NCBI RefSeq assembly: GCF_018977255.1
Contig: NW_024704743.1
Location: 11,410,001 to 11,474,000, forward strand
Direction: 5' to 3'
Length of the DNA stretch: 64,000 nucleotides
Source: Callorhinchus milii
Lineage: Eukaryota
This document shows, piece after piece, positions 9,785 through 23,990 of this stretch (position 1 is its first letter; each line of letters begins with the position of its first letter). The position numbers were made by a program, and so were the translations under genes. A model generated the notes under the pieces. It was given only the letters and a program-made list of their open reading frames with translations, ran no database searches and had not been told where the DNA came from.

Positions 9785-10830
9785 AAACATAAGAAATGCT
9801 AGATGAGAAAAGACCAAGGTCCATCTAGTTCGCCTTCCACCTTCCTGTTGATCACATGCACATATGTCCCAAACTACCTATGTACTATATCCCAGAATGT
9901 TATCTCCTAAAAGAAAACTATCTAATCTGTGTTCGAAAGAATCAACACTTCCTGCTTCAACTATCTCCCCAGGGAGCCTGTTCCACAGATTCACTATTCG
10001 CTAACTGAAATAGTGTTTGCATAGTTACCCCCCTTCTGAAGTTCTGAAGTTGCCCCCCTTCAATCGCTGCCAGGGCCTCTGGTTTTACTATTCTGGACAA
10101 GTTGAAACAGCCTGTCATGATCTATATTGTCTTGCCCATTAGAATCTTAAAGACAGCAATCATGTCGCCTCACAATCTTCTCTTTTCCAGGTTGAACATG
10201 CCCAATTTACTTAGTCGTTCCTCGTAGTCCAGCTCTTCAATGCCCTCAATCATTTTGGTTGCTCTCCTCTGTATCTTCTCAATTTCTCCAATATTCTTTT
10301 TGTACTGCGATGACCAGAACTATACACAGTACTCTTACGTATGGTCTCACCAAGGATATATACAGTGGAAGAAATACCTCAATATTTTGGGTTGCTATTG
10401 TTCTTTTAATACATCCCAACATCCGATTTGCTTTACTGACTGCCACAGAGCATTGTTGGGAGAGCTTCAATTTATTGTCAGTCAGGACCCTGAGGTCCTT
10501 TTCATTTTCCATACATATTATTTTCCTTCCGTTCAAATAATAGTCTCTTCCAGGATTTTTTGTCCACATGTGAAGTACTTTACATTTCTCCACATTGAAT
10601 TTCATCTGCCACCGATCTGCCCAATTCCCAAGTATGTTCAAATCTTCCTGTAACCTATCTTTTTCAGCTTCACAATCTACCACCTTCATTAGCTTGGCAT
10701 CATCTGCAAACTTAGACACTGTGCTGGTGGCTGATAGATCCAGATCTTTTATAAAAATATTAAACAAAAGAGGTCCCAAAACAGACCCTTGTAGAACTCC
10801 ACTGGTAATCCACTTGTGGCTGTTGCAGAA
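9785..10830 (-). mobile_element. CR1 LINE 3' fragment (RT C-terminus and 3' UTR)
   Basis: GVLQGSVLGPLLFNIFIKDL..KFADDAKL..WQMKFNVEKCKV; CR1-type short-repeat tail near 9785. Confidence 0.9.
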
Positions 10831-11109
10831 ACAAGTCAACATAATAATAATAAACCTTGCATTTCATATTTCACCTTATCTAGCGCTTATTACTTAAGCT
10901 TCACAGAATATATTGTTAAGTGAATTGACTGTGTATTTTGTGTGTGAAACACGACATCCAAATGCACTGTCCTACAAAGAGTCGTCGATTTAGTTTTTTT
11001 GGAAGAGATTATTACCCCCGGAAAGGATCCACCAATCGACTAACAACCTGGACCAGTGTAATGTTAGGTAAACAGAGGCTTCTGGAGTAAAAAATGTTTT
11101 TTTTATTAG

Positions 11110-12445
11110 GTTTCTGTGTTGCTCACTGCACAGAAACAGCCCTAGTTAAGGTGACAAATGACATTCTGTCCATCTCTGACCAGGCCTCTCTTTGTTTCCT
11201 CATCCTCCTCAACCTCTCTGCTGCCTTTGTCACTGTGGACCACTCTATCCTCCTCCACCGCCTCTCCTCTCACCTCAACCTTCAAGGTTCTGTCCTTGAA
11301 TGGTTCAGATTCTATCTCTCACACCTGCTCCACTTTGTCTCCACAAATGGCTTCTCCTCCAGCCCCCGCACCAACTCGCGCGGTATTTCTCAGGGCTATG
11401 GCCTCGGTCCTCTCCTCTTGTACCCTGTACATGCTCCACTTGGTGACATCATCCGCAGACATGGGGTCAACTTCCACATGTACACGGATGACACTCAACT
11501 TTATTTCTCTGCCTCCACCCTCAACTCCAGGGCCTGTCAGGCATCAAGTCCTGGATGAGAGCCAACTTCCTACAGTTGAACGTCACCAATACTGAGGCTC
11601 TCCAGATTGGCTCGCTCCAGCGCCTCCACACCTCAGGCATTGGCAACATTAATATCCATGGATGCACACTCCACCTCACTGAGCCAGTCAGGAACCTCGG
11701 CGTCTTGTTTGACCCTCAACTGTCCTTTCTTTCCCACCACCGTGCCATGACCCACTCTGCCTTACCCCACTTCTGCAATATTGTCCGACTCCGCCACTGC
11801 CTCACCCCTCAGGCTGCTGAAACCCTCATTACATCAAGTCTTCATTACATCTAGGCTCGACTATGCCAACTCCCTGCTTTTGGGGCTTCCCAACTCTTCC
11901 CTCCACAAGCTGCAGATTATCCAGAACTCATATCACACCCACTCTCAACCCTATCACACCCACTCTCAACCCCATCACACCCACTCTCGCCCGGCTCCAC
12001 TGGCTCCCCATCCCTTGTGTTCAAAATCCTTGTCCTTACCTTCAAGACCCTCCAAGGCCTAGCCTCCTCCTACCTCTCCAACTTGCTAACCCCTTATCAA
12101 CCTCTCCACTCCCTCTGCTCAGCAGGCTCCGGCCTGCTCCATATCCCCCGGCTGACTCACCCCACCATTGGCGGTCGGGCCTTCAGCCTCTCTGCCCCCA
12201 CACTCCGGAACTCCATCCCACATTCCCTTCAACTCGCCCTCTCCCTTGCCTCCTTCAAGGCAAGCCTCAAGATCCTCCTTTTTGACCGTGCCTTCGGCCA
12301 CCCTTTCATCCTCTCTGCCCTCCATCATCCCTGACCCCTACCCATTCCCAGTCCCACTCGGGTCCTAATGACCCTGACTGTTCAGTGCCTTGGGATGTCC
12401 TCCCGACGTGGAAGGCACTTTACAAATGTAATTTTGTATTGTAGA
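11110..12445 (+). mobile_element. L2-clade LINE 3' fragment
   Basis: [53 protein letters not shown]; 3' end shared with SINE tail. Confidence 0.9.
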
Positions 12446-12584
12446 TGCATGTGATAAGGCGCCATATAAAATGCAAGGATTATTACTATTATCAGTCTCC
12501 ACCTCTCCTAATCACCTGTCCCATGTCCCTCTGTTCTCTTCTCACTCATATAAAACATAAGCCACACATACACGCCTGAAGGGT

Positions 12585-12642
12585 TGTGTATGTGTGTTTG
12601 TGTGTGTGTGTGTTTATGTGTGTATGTATGTGTGAGAGAGAT
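12585..12642. repeat. (GT)n(GA)n microsatellite
   Basis: Direct inspection. Confidence 0.85.
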
Positions 12643-13639
12643 AGGGGGAATGGAAGAGAATGTTAACTAGTTCATATTCTGCCTGAGGATATGAACGCTT
12701 CCAAGGAGACAACTGACCAGGATGGGTTGAATCAGAAGCCCATCAATCACCCAGCGTCAGTTTCTGCTTATAGCTTTACTGAGCCTTATTAAGGTGCAAT
12801 CAAGATGCACATTTTCCTGGAGCACAGATGGGTTCAATCACTCCTCATACTGAACCAGTGAATAAAGCAGGCATTGCTGAGAGGTAATTCTTTTTTTTAA
12901 TTTTATGAACAAAACCAAATTATGCACTCATCAAGGAAAATATTTAAGGGAAAGAAGGCCGTAATGCAGTGTCGCTTACAAATCTGGCTGAAATTGGCTA
13001 GGGAATGTTTGCCGTAAATAACACCAAGTTCTGTCACTTTATTAGACGTAAAATTTTGATGAAGATATAAAATAACACCTCTGAGGTTTTGCCCACTGTG
13101 TGGTTTTCTTTTTTTATGTAGGCATTGTTTACTTTTGTTTCATTTTGCCACTTTGCCAACAAACAATGGCAACTTGCATCATGTAGCAAGGCTCTATGCT
13201 TTTACCCTCAGCGCAAGGTGCAATTGATCTTTCTTCACCTGTACTTTTTTAAAAAAGCTTAACCATGCACCCGAAACAAGTGGAAACCCATCGCCATGCT
13301 TAAGAGAATCCAAACCAGATAGAGAATTCCACATATATACATCACCTATACATGGAATAGAACGTACACTATCTCTCACCAGAGGGTTGCTCACCTTCAC
13401 CTGTGGGAGGACCCGGTTTAATTCCTGTCCCGGGCAAAACCTAAGGCAAGTTTTCTTACTCAACATGCCTCTTTACTTAGCAGTAGGTAGTTAGTTGATT
13501 GGCAGATTGCTTTCTGGAGGTAATAATACCTAAAAAAAAATTACTCAATCCACAATCCTGTTTGTGCAACACTGCTATTCCAAATGGCTGCCACGTTTTG
13601 CCCACAAAATAAACTACACTAAGATACAGGATGTCACAA

Positions 13640-14015
13640 AGTGGTTAGAGCACTCGTCTCACAAGCAAGAGGACCTGGGTTTGATTCCCAGGCAGGGGAA
13701 ACGTTGAGCAAGTTCCCTTACTCCTAGTTTCCTAAATGCCTCTGTTTACCTTGCAGTATCTGGGAACCCTGTTAGTCGATTGGTGGATTGCTTTTCAGGG
13801 GTTAATAACCCTGTCCAAAAAAACAATTAGAAACAAATAATAATTTGGTCACTCAATCCATGACTGTTTGTGGGACACTACTGTGTGCAATTGGCTGTCA
13901 AGTTTCGCCCACAAAATATACAGTCAATTCACTTGACAGTATATTCTGTGAAGCGCTTTGAGATGTCTCAAAGACATGATAAGGCGCTATATCAAATGCA
14001 AGGATTATTATTATT
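13640..14015 (+). mobile_element. Deu-domain tRNA SINE (intermediate age)
   Basis: tRNA head, Deu core, (ATT)n tail. Confidence 0.8.
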
Positions 14016-15904
14016 GATATAAATACACAATAAATCCACTTTACAATATATATACTTTACAAATTCAAGGATTATTATCATTATAAGCAAGCGGAAACCA
14101 ATCGCCATGCTTAAGAGCATCCAAACTAGATTGAGAATTCCATATATGTGTACTGCCTACACAGGGAAATTTCCTCATTTGGAATGGAACACGCACTCTC
14201 TCTCACAATCTTACCTGATTCTGGGGAGTACTAGATGCAGGTTGGCAAGTCAAGGCTTGGTTCAGGAAGCAGACTACAACTCCCATCACAGAGGATTGAC
14301 ACTGTTCCAACATTCTACTGCCTAGTACGTCACCTTGGAGCCAGTTCAGCTCCAAGGAGACCCCACTTGAGGACACTGAGGAAGCACAACTTGAAGGATA
14401 TTGATGAAAGTGGAGGAGGAAAGGGTGTGTAAAGATAATAGAGCACTGAGAATCATATGTTAATAATAATGACAAGAATGATAATAATAATCCTTGCATT
14501 TGATTTAGCGCCCTATCACGTCACTGAGATGTTTCAAAGCACTTCACAGAATATATTGTAAAGTGGATTGACTGTGTATTTTGAAGCGAACCACCAGGTA
14601 GTTGTGCACAGCATTGTTCCACAAACAGCCATAAAGTGAGTGACCAATTTTATCTGGGGGATTGTTGGCCAGGACCCGGGATCTTTAATGTCCACCTGAA
14701 CCTTGATTTAAGGTCTGATCCAAAGGGTGGCAGCTGTGCATATTTTTCAAGATGTTATGGTAAAATACATGAGGGTGAAATTCTGCTGTGTATGGAGTCT
14801 TGATCCCAGATATAATTACCTGTGACATACTTACAGCTTTAGACATTGTAGAATCTCAAATTAATCTACAATCGCTGGTCAAAGAGAGCCTTGCAATGAA
14901 TTATTCACAAGAACATATAATGAGGTTGCATTCTATGATTGAGTTGGCCTTACAATGCAATAGGGGACAGGCTGATCAAAGCACAAGGAAACAGCCGAGA
15001 GATTTAATCAACTCAAAAGACCCGCTTTCCACCTCAAGGCCTACTTACTGTCTACTTCTCTGCTTCATGTCCTCCTACCTTATCTGCCCCATTATTGGTG
15101 GCTGGGCTTTCAGCCATTCTGTCAGATTCTCATTTTACCGAAAACAATGTTTGGGATGAGACATTGAACTAACGCTCTGACAAAAATTCACTCAATAGTC
15201 ACTCCATCAACAACTGATTGTGGAACATTGCTGTGTGCAATTGGCTGCTTCGTTTCACCCACAAAATACATAGTCAATTCCCTTTACAATACATTCTGTG
15301 AAATGCTTTGAAATATCTTAATGACGTGATACAGTGCTATATCAAATGCAAGGATTATTCTGTCTGTCTGTTCAGGTGGATGTTAAAGATCCCATGGCAC
15401 TATTCGAAAAGAGAAGGGAGTTTCTCTCGGTTCCTAGCCAACAATCCCCCAGATAAAACTGGTCACTCACTTCATGGCTGTTTGTGGGACAGTGCAAATT
15501 GGCTGCAACATTCAGCAACAAAACACACACACACACAGTTGTTACACTTTACAGCATATGCTGATGGGAAAGGCCCTGTATCAAATCGAAGGATTATTAA
15601 CTCGGCTCAAAATAAATCTTCTCAGCAAATACCTTTTGCAGCTGCAAAGTGGTGTGAGTGTTATTGAACGTAACTGGAATTGGTTTGTAGGTTTTGCAAA
15701 TCAAAAAAATGCCACTTCACCTGATGGGAATGAAAGCTACAAACAATAATTAGCTGATTTGGTGGTTTCTGATCCGGTTTAGTAATCTTATTAAGGCGAC
15801 AGTGTTGAATGGACAATGCAGTTCCACCAACTGCTAATAAACTCAAACAAACACCTCTTAACTGATTATCAAGACCTGTCACAAGTTGGGTGGCACTGGC
15901 CTTC

Positions 15905-16272
15905 ATGGAGCCCCCCCAGCATAATGGTTAATGCGCTCAATTGTAGGCGGGAGGATCTAGGTTCGATTCCTGGGCAGGACAAAACATTAGGTAAGTTTCC
16001 TTACTCCACACAGTTCTGTTTACCTAGCAGTGAGTAGGACCCTGGTTGTTAGTCAATTAGTCCAGATTGCTTTCCGTGAGTAATAGTCTCTCCAAAAAGT
16101 AAATGTGGTCACTCAATCTATGACTGCTTGTGGTACATTGCTGAGTGCAATTGGCTGTGCGTTTCACCCACAAAATACACAGTCAATTAACTTTACAATA
16201 TTTTCTGTGGAGCGCTTTGAGATGTCTCAATGATGATAAGGTGCTATACTAAATACAAGGATTATTATTATA
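15905..16272 (+). mobile_element. Deu-domain tRNA SINE
   Basis: tRNA head with GGTTCGATTCC B box, Deu core, (ATT)n tail. Confidence 0.8.
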
Positions 16273-16984
16273 AGCCTAGTGAAGGCCACAAATTACCCTT
16301 CTGCTCCCTCTCCTGATCCCTATCCAGTGACATCACCCTCCATCTCCCCTCTCGATCCCCATCTAGTGACATCACACATGCTTTCCCCTCCCACCAACTC
16401 CTGGATACATTCCAGGTGCTAACATTTCTTATGGTTTTAGCCTTAAGACCACCATCTTAAACTATAAGGTCGACAGAATTTTTTGAAAACTCAAGTCTTA
16501 ATTTGGAAGCCAGTTCTTTTTTAGGCCTGCTTCATGTCTACTGCCCTCTCTGCCCCAACTCCATCCCAGAGTCCCTCCGGCTCGCTCCCTCTCTCCTTCC
16601 TCTTGTTCAAGGCCAGTCTTGAAACGTACCTGTTTGACAGCGCTTTCAGTCAGCTTTTCCCCTTCCCTCCATCCCTAGCTCGAATGCCAGCCAGCTTTCT
16701 CAAGCACTTTGAGACGTCCTCCAGACGTGCTGTATAAACGTCAATTGTATTGTATTTTTCAGAACTATGAAAAAAAATGCTTGCACATTTAACACTGAAC
16801 TTAAGAATTTTCCACAATGCTGCATGATCTGAAATCTTCAGACATGGATCTCTCCATGGGGGTTGGCGAAGTAACTGTAGTTAAGCTGCCTTCAGTGGAA
16901 CATAGGAACAGGAGTAGGCCATTCAGCCCCTCGAGCCTGTTCTGCCATACTATTAGATCATGGCTGACCTGTACCTCAAGTCCA

Positions 16985-17550
16985 GTGCTTAGCTACAGAA
17001 TGTCAGAATCAAGTCCACCCTCTGTGGCAATCTCAGTTGTCTGGTTCCTGAGACAGGTGGGTCTGCATTACTCGAGGGAACTGCTGATTACAGCCCAGCC
17101 AGCCTGGCTCATCATCAGGACTTGGAGGGACAAACCAAGCATTGGGAGCAGGGATTCTTCTCACTTACCTGCTGTTAACCCTGCAAACCAAAGCCTTAAC
17201 AGGTAGGGTGGTCTTAGCTGGACAAGTAGTGGGAATGGTGGTCCTAGCTGGACAAGTAGTGGGAATGGTGGTCCTAGCTGGACAAGAAGTGGGAATGGTA
17301 GTCCTAGTTGGACAAGCAGTGGGATTGCTTGCCAGACAGTGATATCAATGCAAAGCTATGTGTTTCTTGCTGGTTGGACTCTAGCAGTTACACTAGGGAG
17401 CATCCTTTCAGGGTTAGAATATGAGTATTCCATTTCAAACACAGGGAAACTTCCACGTGATTAGGTATTTTACAATATATGGAATTCTCAATCTGGTTTG
17501 GATACTTAAGCATGATGATAGGTTTCTAATTGTGCCAGACACCTGCAAAA
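16985..17550 (+). mobile_element. Unclassified ~570-nt repeat with an internal 30-bp tandem expansion
   Basis: Homologous to the reverse complement of 286-858; GTGGTCCTAGCTGGACAAGTAGTGGGAATG repeated ~4x at 17208-17325. Confidence 0.75.
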
Positions 17551-18599
17551 GAAAACCTCTGAACTGCTGAGTGGCTCTAAGTACCTCTGAGTACTTAGTT
17601 CGAGACATTATCCTACTTGGAAGAGCACTATATAAATGGAAATTGTTGTTGTTTAACACTGAATTGTTTGACACAAAACATTTTTTGCAAATAAAGTCAC
17701 TTTGTAACACCAGTGACACCTTGTCAGATTAATGAGCGACTCACGTGAAACACCACAAATTCAGGCTCCAAGCTTGAACAATTTGGTGTTTTGCACACTT
17801 TGACTCTCTTTGAATCTTGTTTCAAGAGACTTGGTAGCTGGCTCCAGAGCTATTGACCTTGGTCAAGTCTGTTACTGTGAAATAATTTGATTTTTATTAC
17901 ATCCTGTGAAGTTGGTGAGAATTAATCCACTCGCCCAGTCTTATTGAAGTCTGTTTATGCAGAGACCTGTTATTTTCTTGAAGACTCCTGAACTGAACCT
18001 GTAGAACACAACGTGCAACCTGATCGGACCGGGTTCACATGTTACATCAATATAAGATGTAGCAAGCAGATCTAACAGTGAGTTTATTGTGGTGAGAATA
18101 TGGGACTCATTGCCGGAAGCAGAAGCATCAATATATTTAAGAGAAAATTTGATGCCTGCTTAATTGTCATCAGAAAATACACAGTCAATACACTTTATTT
18201 TGTGAAGCGCATTGAGATGTCTCAACAACATAAGGCGCTATATAAAATGCAAGGATTATGTATTATTATACATAACGCATTAAACATTTTATTATGTGAA
18301 TAAAATAACTTGGTAACACCAGTGACGTGATGTAAAATGTGTCAGATTAACTGCGTTACCCACAAAACAAACAGTCCCTACAGTTTACAGTTTATCCTAT
18401 GAAGCACTTTGGGATGGCATCCTGATGTGAAAAGTGCTGTATCAAGTGTAAAAATTACAGTATTATATAACAATAATAATGTGGAGTCCTATAGCTCAGT
18501 GGTTAGAGCACTCCCAAGCAAAAGGATCTGGTTTTGATTCCTGGGCAGGGCGAAACGTTGGGCAAATTTTCTTACTCCACGTGCCTCTGTCTACCTACA

Positions 18600-19190
18600 A
18601 CAACAACTTGCGTTTATATGGTGCCCCTCACACAGGGTGCTTGACAGTGGCGGAGCATGAAAAATGGGGAAAGAAAGGGCAAGGCGGAGGGATAGAGCCA
18701 GAGTGTTCCAGAGTTTCAGGGCGTAGTGCCTGAAAGCGCACCCACCAATAGTGGAATGGACATGCAGAAGGCCAGAGCCAGTCGAGCGGAGGCAGCATTT
18801 TGTGAGTTGGGGAGTAAGTAGGTCAGAGAGGTAGGGAGGTGCCAGGGCATGAATTGATTTGAAAACGAGTGTGAGGATCTTGAAGTCAATACGTTCAGTG
18901 ATGAGCAGCCAGTGGAGCCTGACTAGAACTCGTGTGATGGGGGTACGGCATTCAGTATGGGTATGTGGGCGGCGGAGTTTTGGATTATTGGATCCTGTGC
19001 ATGGTGGAGCTGGGGAGACCGGCAAAGAGGTCATTTGAGAAATCCAAATTGCAATTGCGGGAGATGACGAATGCATGGACGAGTGTTCGGCTGTGTCCGG
19101 GGTAAGGTACGGTCGGAGGCGGGCAATGTGGCAGAGGTGGAGCAAGGTGGTCATGGTCAGGGACTGGATGTGGGGAAGGACAGCTATGGG
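18600..19190 (-). mobile_element. L2 LINE 3' fragment
   Basis: IARLRPYL..RLHWLLITERIDFKILTLVFKSIHALAPPYLSDLL. Confidence 0.85.
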
Positions 19191-22019
19191 TCAAACCTGA
19201 TACTTTGATCTTGGATCTCTCTTGCTTGCGAGGCAAGCGCGCTAACCACTACTTTATGCGACTCCATAGTTTGGAATCCTCCATGCTTTGGAGTAAGGAT
19301 GAAACCTTCTTCCCTTAGCTGCCCTTGGCAATTATGAGTAGAGCACTGCAAGGTAGGAAATACAGAGGAAAGAGCTTTTATTGAGAAATCTAGGTGAAGG
19401 GCCTAGGGCTACATTGCAGGTCAGTGACAAAGCTGAGACAACCGGGAGAAGGATGAGACAAATTAAGCAGTAGTAATTAGCTGACATTGGGCTTGGGTTT
19501 GGAAAGTCTGAAGACTCTAAGAAGAAGTGTGGAGTGATCAAAATGAGCAGTTGTACAGAGCTATGGAATCCTGGAAGAGAATGCTGATACTTTTCTTAAC
19601 TTCCTTCAGTTCAGTCCTGATTGAGAGACCACCTTTTCCCCCTTGCATTTCTTATAGGAAAGCGGTTAACCCTTTAAGCCAAAAGCAACAACAACAAATT
19701 ACATTAGTATAGCACCTTTCACATTGGTAGAATGTCCCAAGGTGCTGGACAGTCAGGAATTTGCACCCAAGCAGGGGGTTAGGATCAAGAGGAGGGCAGG
19801 GAGGGTGGTGATAGGAAAGTGACCAATGATGAGGTTAAAGAGGAAGGTCTTGAGATGGGCCTTGAAAGAGGTAATGGAGGGGACAAAGCAAAGTGCAACT
19901 GCTTATTTCAATCATGCCACACTGGGATAGAGTTCCAAAGGGTGGGTACAAAAAGGCTGAGGGCCTGACCATTGATGGAGCCAGCTGGAGCCAACTGAGT
20001 GGAGGGAGCAGGCAGATCGGTATGGGGTTAGCAGGTCACAGAGGTAGGGAGAAGCAAGGCAAGGCAAGCTGTGTAGTTTTAGCTGGTTAAATTGCAGGAG
20101 TTAACCAACGGCTGTGGGTTCCCCAGCCTTGGTTCTTGCAACTTGTGTAAAATGCCCTTTGGAGTCAGGTAAACAGGGGGTGTCCCACCAGGGAGAGAGT
20201 GTGGATATTCCATTCCAGACACAGGGAAATGTTCATGTGTATTTGGCATGTATATGTGGAACTCTCAGTCTGAGTTCAGATTCCCTTAAGCACAGTCATG
20301 AGTTTCTACACGTGTCAAATATTAATCTGACCCTTCTAAAATACTGTTAATTATTTTACACAGAGAGTGGTGAGTATGTGGAATGGCCTTCCGTATAGGT
20401 AGTGGAGACACCTGGCTGAAGAGTAATTTAGGCAGCAATTTGGTGGCTGAATCTATTTAAGATTTTAGGAGGTTCAGGATTTCTGGAGGAATCTTTTGTT
20501 TTAATATTGGAATGTCCTTGCGCCTTTCCAATGTAAAGTTTAGTGACTGTGTGTTTTGTAGGTGAAAGCAGCAGCCAATTTTGCGCACAGCAATGTCTCA
20601 CAAACAGCTATGAAGTGAATGACCAAATTTATCTGGGGGATTGAACGATTTTATCCAGAGAGAGAAACTCCCTTCTCTTTTTGAATAGTACCGCCAGAGA
20701 ACTTTAATGTCCACTTGAACATGAAATAGTCGTCATAATTTTGACTTAATTAACACACCACAATTTTGACTCCTTGTACATACTACCTAAACGCTCTCCT
20801 CGCTGGTCTCCCCTGATCCACTATTCACAACATTCAACCAATTCAAAACTCCGCCACCTGCATTCTCAGTTAGAGGTAACTCTAATACCTCCATTACCCC
20901 ATTCCTTGTCAAACTCTATTGCCTCCCTGTCACAGAGTGGATTGATTTCAAGATCCTCACTCTTGGAATCTTGCTGAACTGTTGGGTGCAGGCAATAGTT
21001 TGCACAAGTTAAGATGTGTGTTGTTTTTCCATGTGTACAAGGGAATGCTTAACCTCAGGCAGGGAGGAAGGGAGAGAGGAATAGTTGGCAGCTGAACTCC
21101 TGCAAATATTTCCATGGGTGTCCAACAGGGAGCAAAATCCTCAGTTCCTACAGCAGAAACTAATGTCCATCTCGGAGAGGCAGGGTAATATTCGCGGCAC
21201 TGCAGGGAAAAGCAAAGTATGCTTAACGTTTGTTACAGGGCCATAAATTATCCATTGTTTTAAGTTGAGCAATTTCTAAAAGCGGAAGGCTTGTTCCAGG
21301 TTGCTGTTCGCTAGGTTTTAGTGTCTCATCGCTAATTCTTTGCTGAGACTGATAGATTTTTAAAAAACAGAGGAATCAGAGGATATGGAGATAGAGCAGG
21401 TAATTAGAGTTAGGTCTGAAGATCAGCCATGATCTTATCGAATGGCGAGGCAGGCTCGAGGGGCCGAATGGCCTACTCCTGCTCCTAATTCTTATGTTCT
21501 TATGTTCTTTGCCTGGGACTGGGGTTCTCACACACTAATATTGTCGTATTAGTACTAAAGATACTAATCTGTAGTATTCTTTTATCAACATCATCCCTAT
21601 GACTCTTTCGAGTCCTCAAAAACAAGATTTTTTAATACCTATCAATCTGTCTTTTAATATTCTGCTTCCTGTTACAACAATAATAAAAATAATAATCCTT
21701 GCATTAGATCGAGTGCTTCATCATGTCAGAAGGACATCTCAAAATGCTTCACTTGACTTACTGTGAGACGAAGTGACTGTGTATTCGTAGGCAAACGTCT
21801 CAGCACAATTGATTACAGCAATAACCCACAAACAGCCATGAAATGAGTGTCTTATTTGATTTGGGGATCATTGGCCAGGACACTCTTCACCCAGAGGGTA
21901 GTGAATTTGTGGAATTCTGTACCCCAGAAGGATGTGGATGCTCAGTCCTTGAACATATTCAAGACTGAGGTTGATAGATTTCTAAAGGATAGAGGGATTA
22001 AGGGATATACGGATAGCAA

Positions 22020-23235
22020 CAACAACAAAATTACATTTATAGAGCACCTTTCACGTCGGGAGGACATCCCAAGGTGCTGGGCAGTCAGGGGTCAGGATCC
22101 GAGCATGGGGGAGGGATGGGGGAGGGGTGAGGGAAGGCGGAGAGGGGGGAGGGTAACCGAAGTCACAACCAAAGAGGAGTGTCTTGAGACCGGCCTTGAA
22201 GAAGGCAAGGGAGGAAGCGAGGCAAAAGGCCTGTGGGATGGAGTTCCAGAGCGTGGGGGCAGAGAGGCTGAAAGCCCGGTCACTGATTGTAGGGCAGGTT
22301 GGGCGGGAGACATGGAGCAGGCCGGAGCCCATTGATTGCAGGGAGCGGACAGGTTAGTAGGGAGTCAGCAGGTCAGAGAGGTAGGGAGGGCAAGGCCTTG
22401 AAAGTGAGGATGAGGATCTTGAACTCGATCCTCTGGGGGATGGGGAGCCAGTGGAGTCGGGCGAGGGTGGGGGTGATGGGATCACGGAGCCTGGTGCGCG
22501 AGAGTACACAAGCTGCAGAGTTTTGGATGATCTGCAGCTTGTAAAGGGAAGAGTTGGGAAGGCCGATGAGGAGGGAGTTTCCATAATCGAGCCTTGAATG
22601 TAACAAATGCGTGGGAGAGGGTTTCAGCAGCCTGAGGGGTGAGGTAGGATGCCAGTAGTCCTGGAGTTGAGGGTGGAGGCAGAATGATAGAGTTGGGTGT
22701 CATTCGCATACATGTGGAAATTTACCCCATGTCTACGGATGATGTCACCAAGGGGGAGCATGTAGAGGGTGAAGAGGAGGGGACCGAGGACAGAGTCCTG
22801 AGGAACGACGCACAAGACGGTGCGGGGGCTGGAGGAGAAGCGGTTTGCAGAGACAAAGTGGAGGTGGTGTGAAAGGTAGGACCTGAACCAGTCAAGGACA
22901 GAACCTTGAAGGTTGAGTTGGGAAGAGACGCAGTGGAGGAGTATTGAGTAGTCCACAGTATTAAAGGTGACGGAGAGGTCGAGGAGGATGAGGAGGCAGA
23001 GGGAGCCCTGGTCACACATAGTCAGGATGACGTTGTGACTTTGACCAGAGCAGTTTCTGTGCTGTGGGCAGCATGGAAACCCGATTGGAGGGGTTTATAG
23101 AGGGAGTGAGAGGAGAGGAAAGAGCGAAGCTGGGAGGCAATGGCTCTCTCAAGGACCTAAGACAGAAAAGGGAGGTGGGAGATGGGCCAGTAGCTGGATA
23201 GCTGTGATGGGTCAAGGGAAGGTTTCTTCAAGGTT
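22020..23235 (-). mobile_element. L2 LINE 3' fragment
   Basis: LLDLSVTFNTVDY..VPQDSVLGPLLFTLYMLPLG..YANDTQLY..SRLDYGNSLL; (TTG)n tail. Confidence 0.9.
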
Positions 23236-23689
23236 CGAGGGGCTGAATGACCTACTCATGCTCCTACGTCTTATGGTCTTATGGACACGGGAGAGAGAAA
23301 CTCCCTTCTCTTTTCCAATAGTGCTATGGGATTTTAACATCTACCTGAACAGGCAGCAGAAATAATTAATAATAATAATTATAATAATAATTATTATTAT
23401 AAGGTGCTGTATCAAAAGCAATTAGTGGTTTCTTTTGTTACCCAGATTAGGACAACAGCGAGATCAGCAGCAATAACAGCAGAGTGAAGGAAGCAGGCTG
23501 ATCGGACAAGGTGACCTTTCAATTTCTCAATGCTTTCTGAGCAGAACACAACTCTTAGTGAAATGCTTTCTACCACCTGGGGTTTCTGTCAGGGGCTGGG
23601 AGTTGTTAACTGCCAAATTTGCTGGTTTAATGATTCAATCTCTTATCTTCACAAGCGAGGTGGTGGAAGTGACGTTAATAATAATATTA

Positions 23690-23990
23690 ATAATAATAAT
23701 CTTCGCATTTGGTACAGAATATACTGTAAAGTGGATTGACTGTGTATTTTGTGGGAGAAGTGCGGCAGCCAATTGTGCACAACAATCATGGATTGAGTGA
23801 CCAAATTCTTTTTTGAGGGATTATTACCCCTGGAAAGTAATCCGCTAATCGACTAATAACTTACTGCTAGGTAAACAGAGGCCGTATGGAGTAAGGAAAC
23901 TTGCCCCGGTTTTGCCCTGCTGGGAATCGAACCCGGGTCCTCTTGCTTGCAAGGCGAATGCTCTAACCAATATGCTACAGAACTCCACAG
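23690..23990 (-). mobile_element. Deu-domain tRNA SINE
   Basis: Reverse-complement tRNA head and Deu core. Confidence 0.75.

Noticed and set aside
17208..17325. 30-bp direct repeats resembling a CRISPR array
   Set aside because: Head-to-tail tandem with no spacers, inside a eukaryotic interspersed repeat
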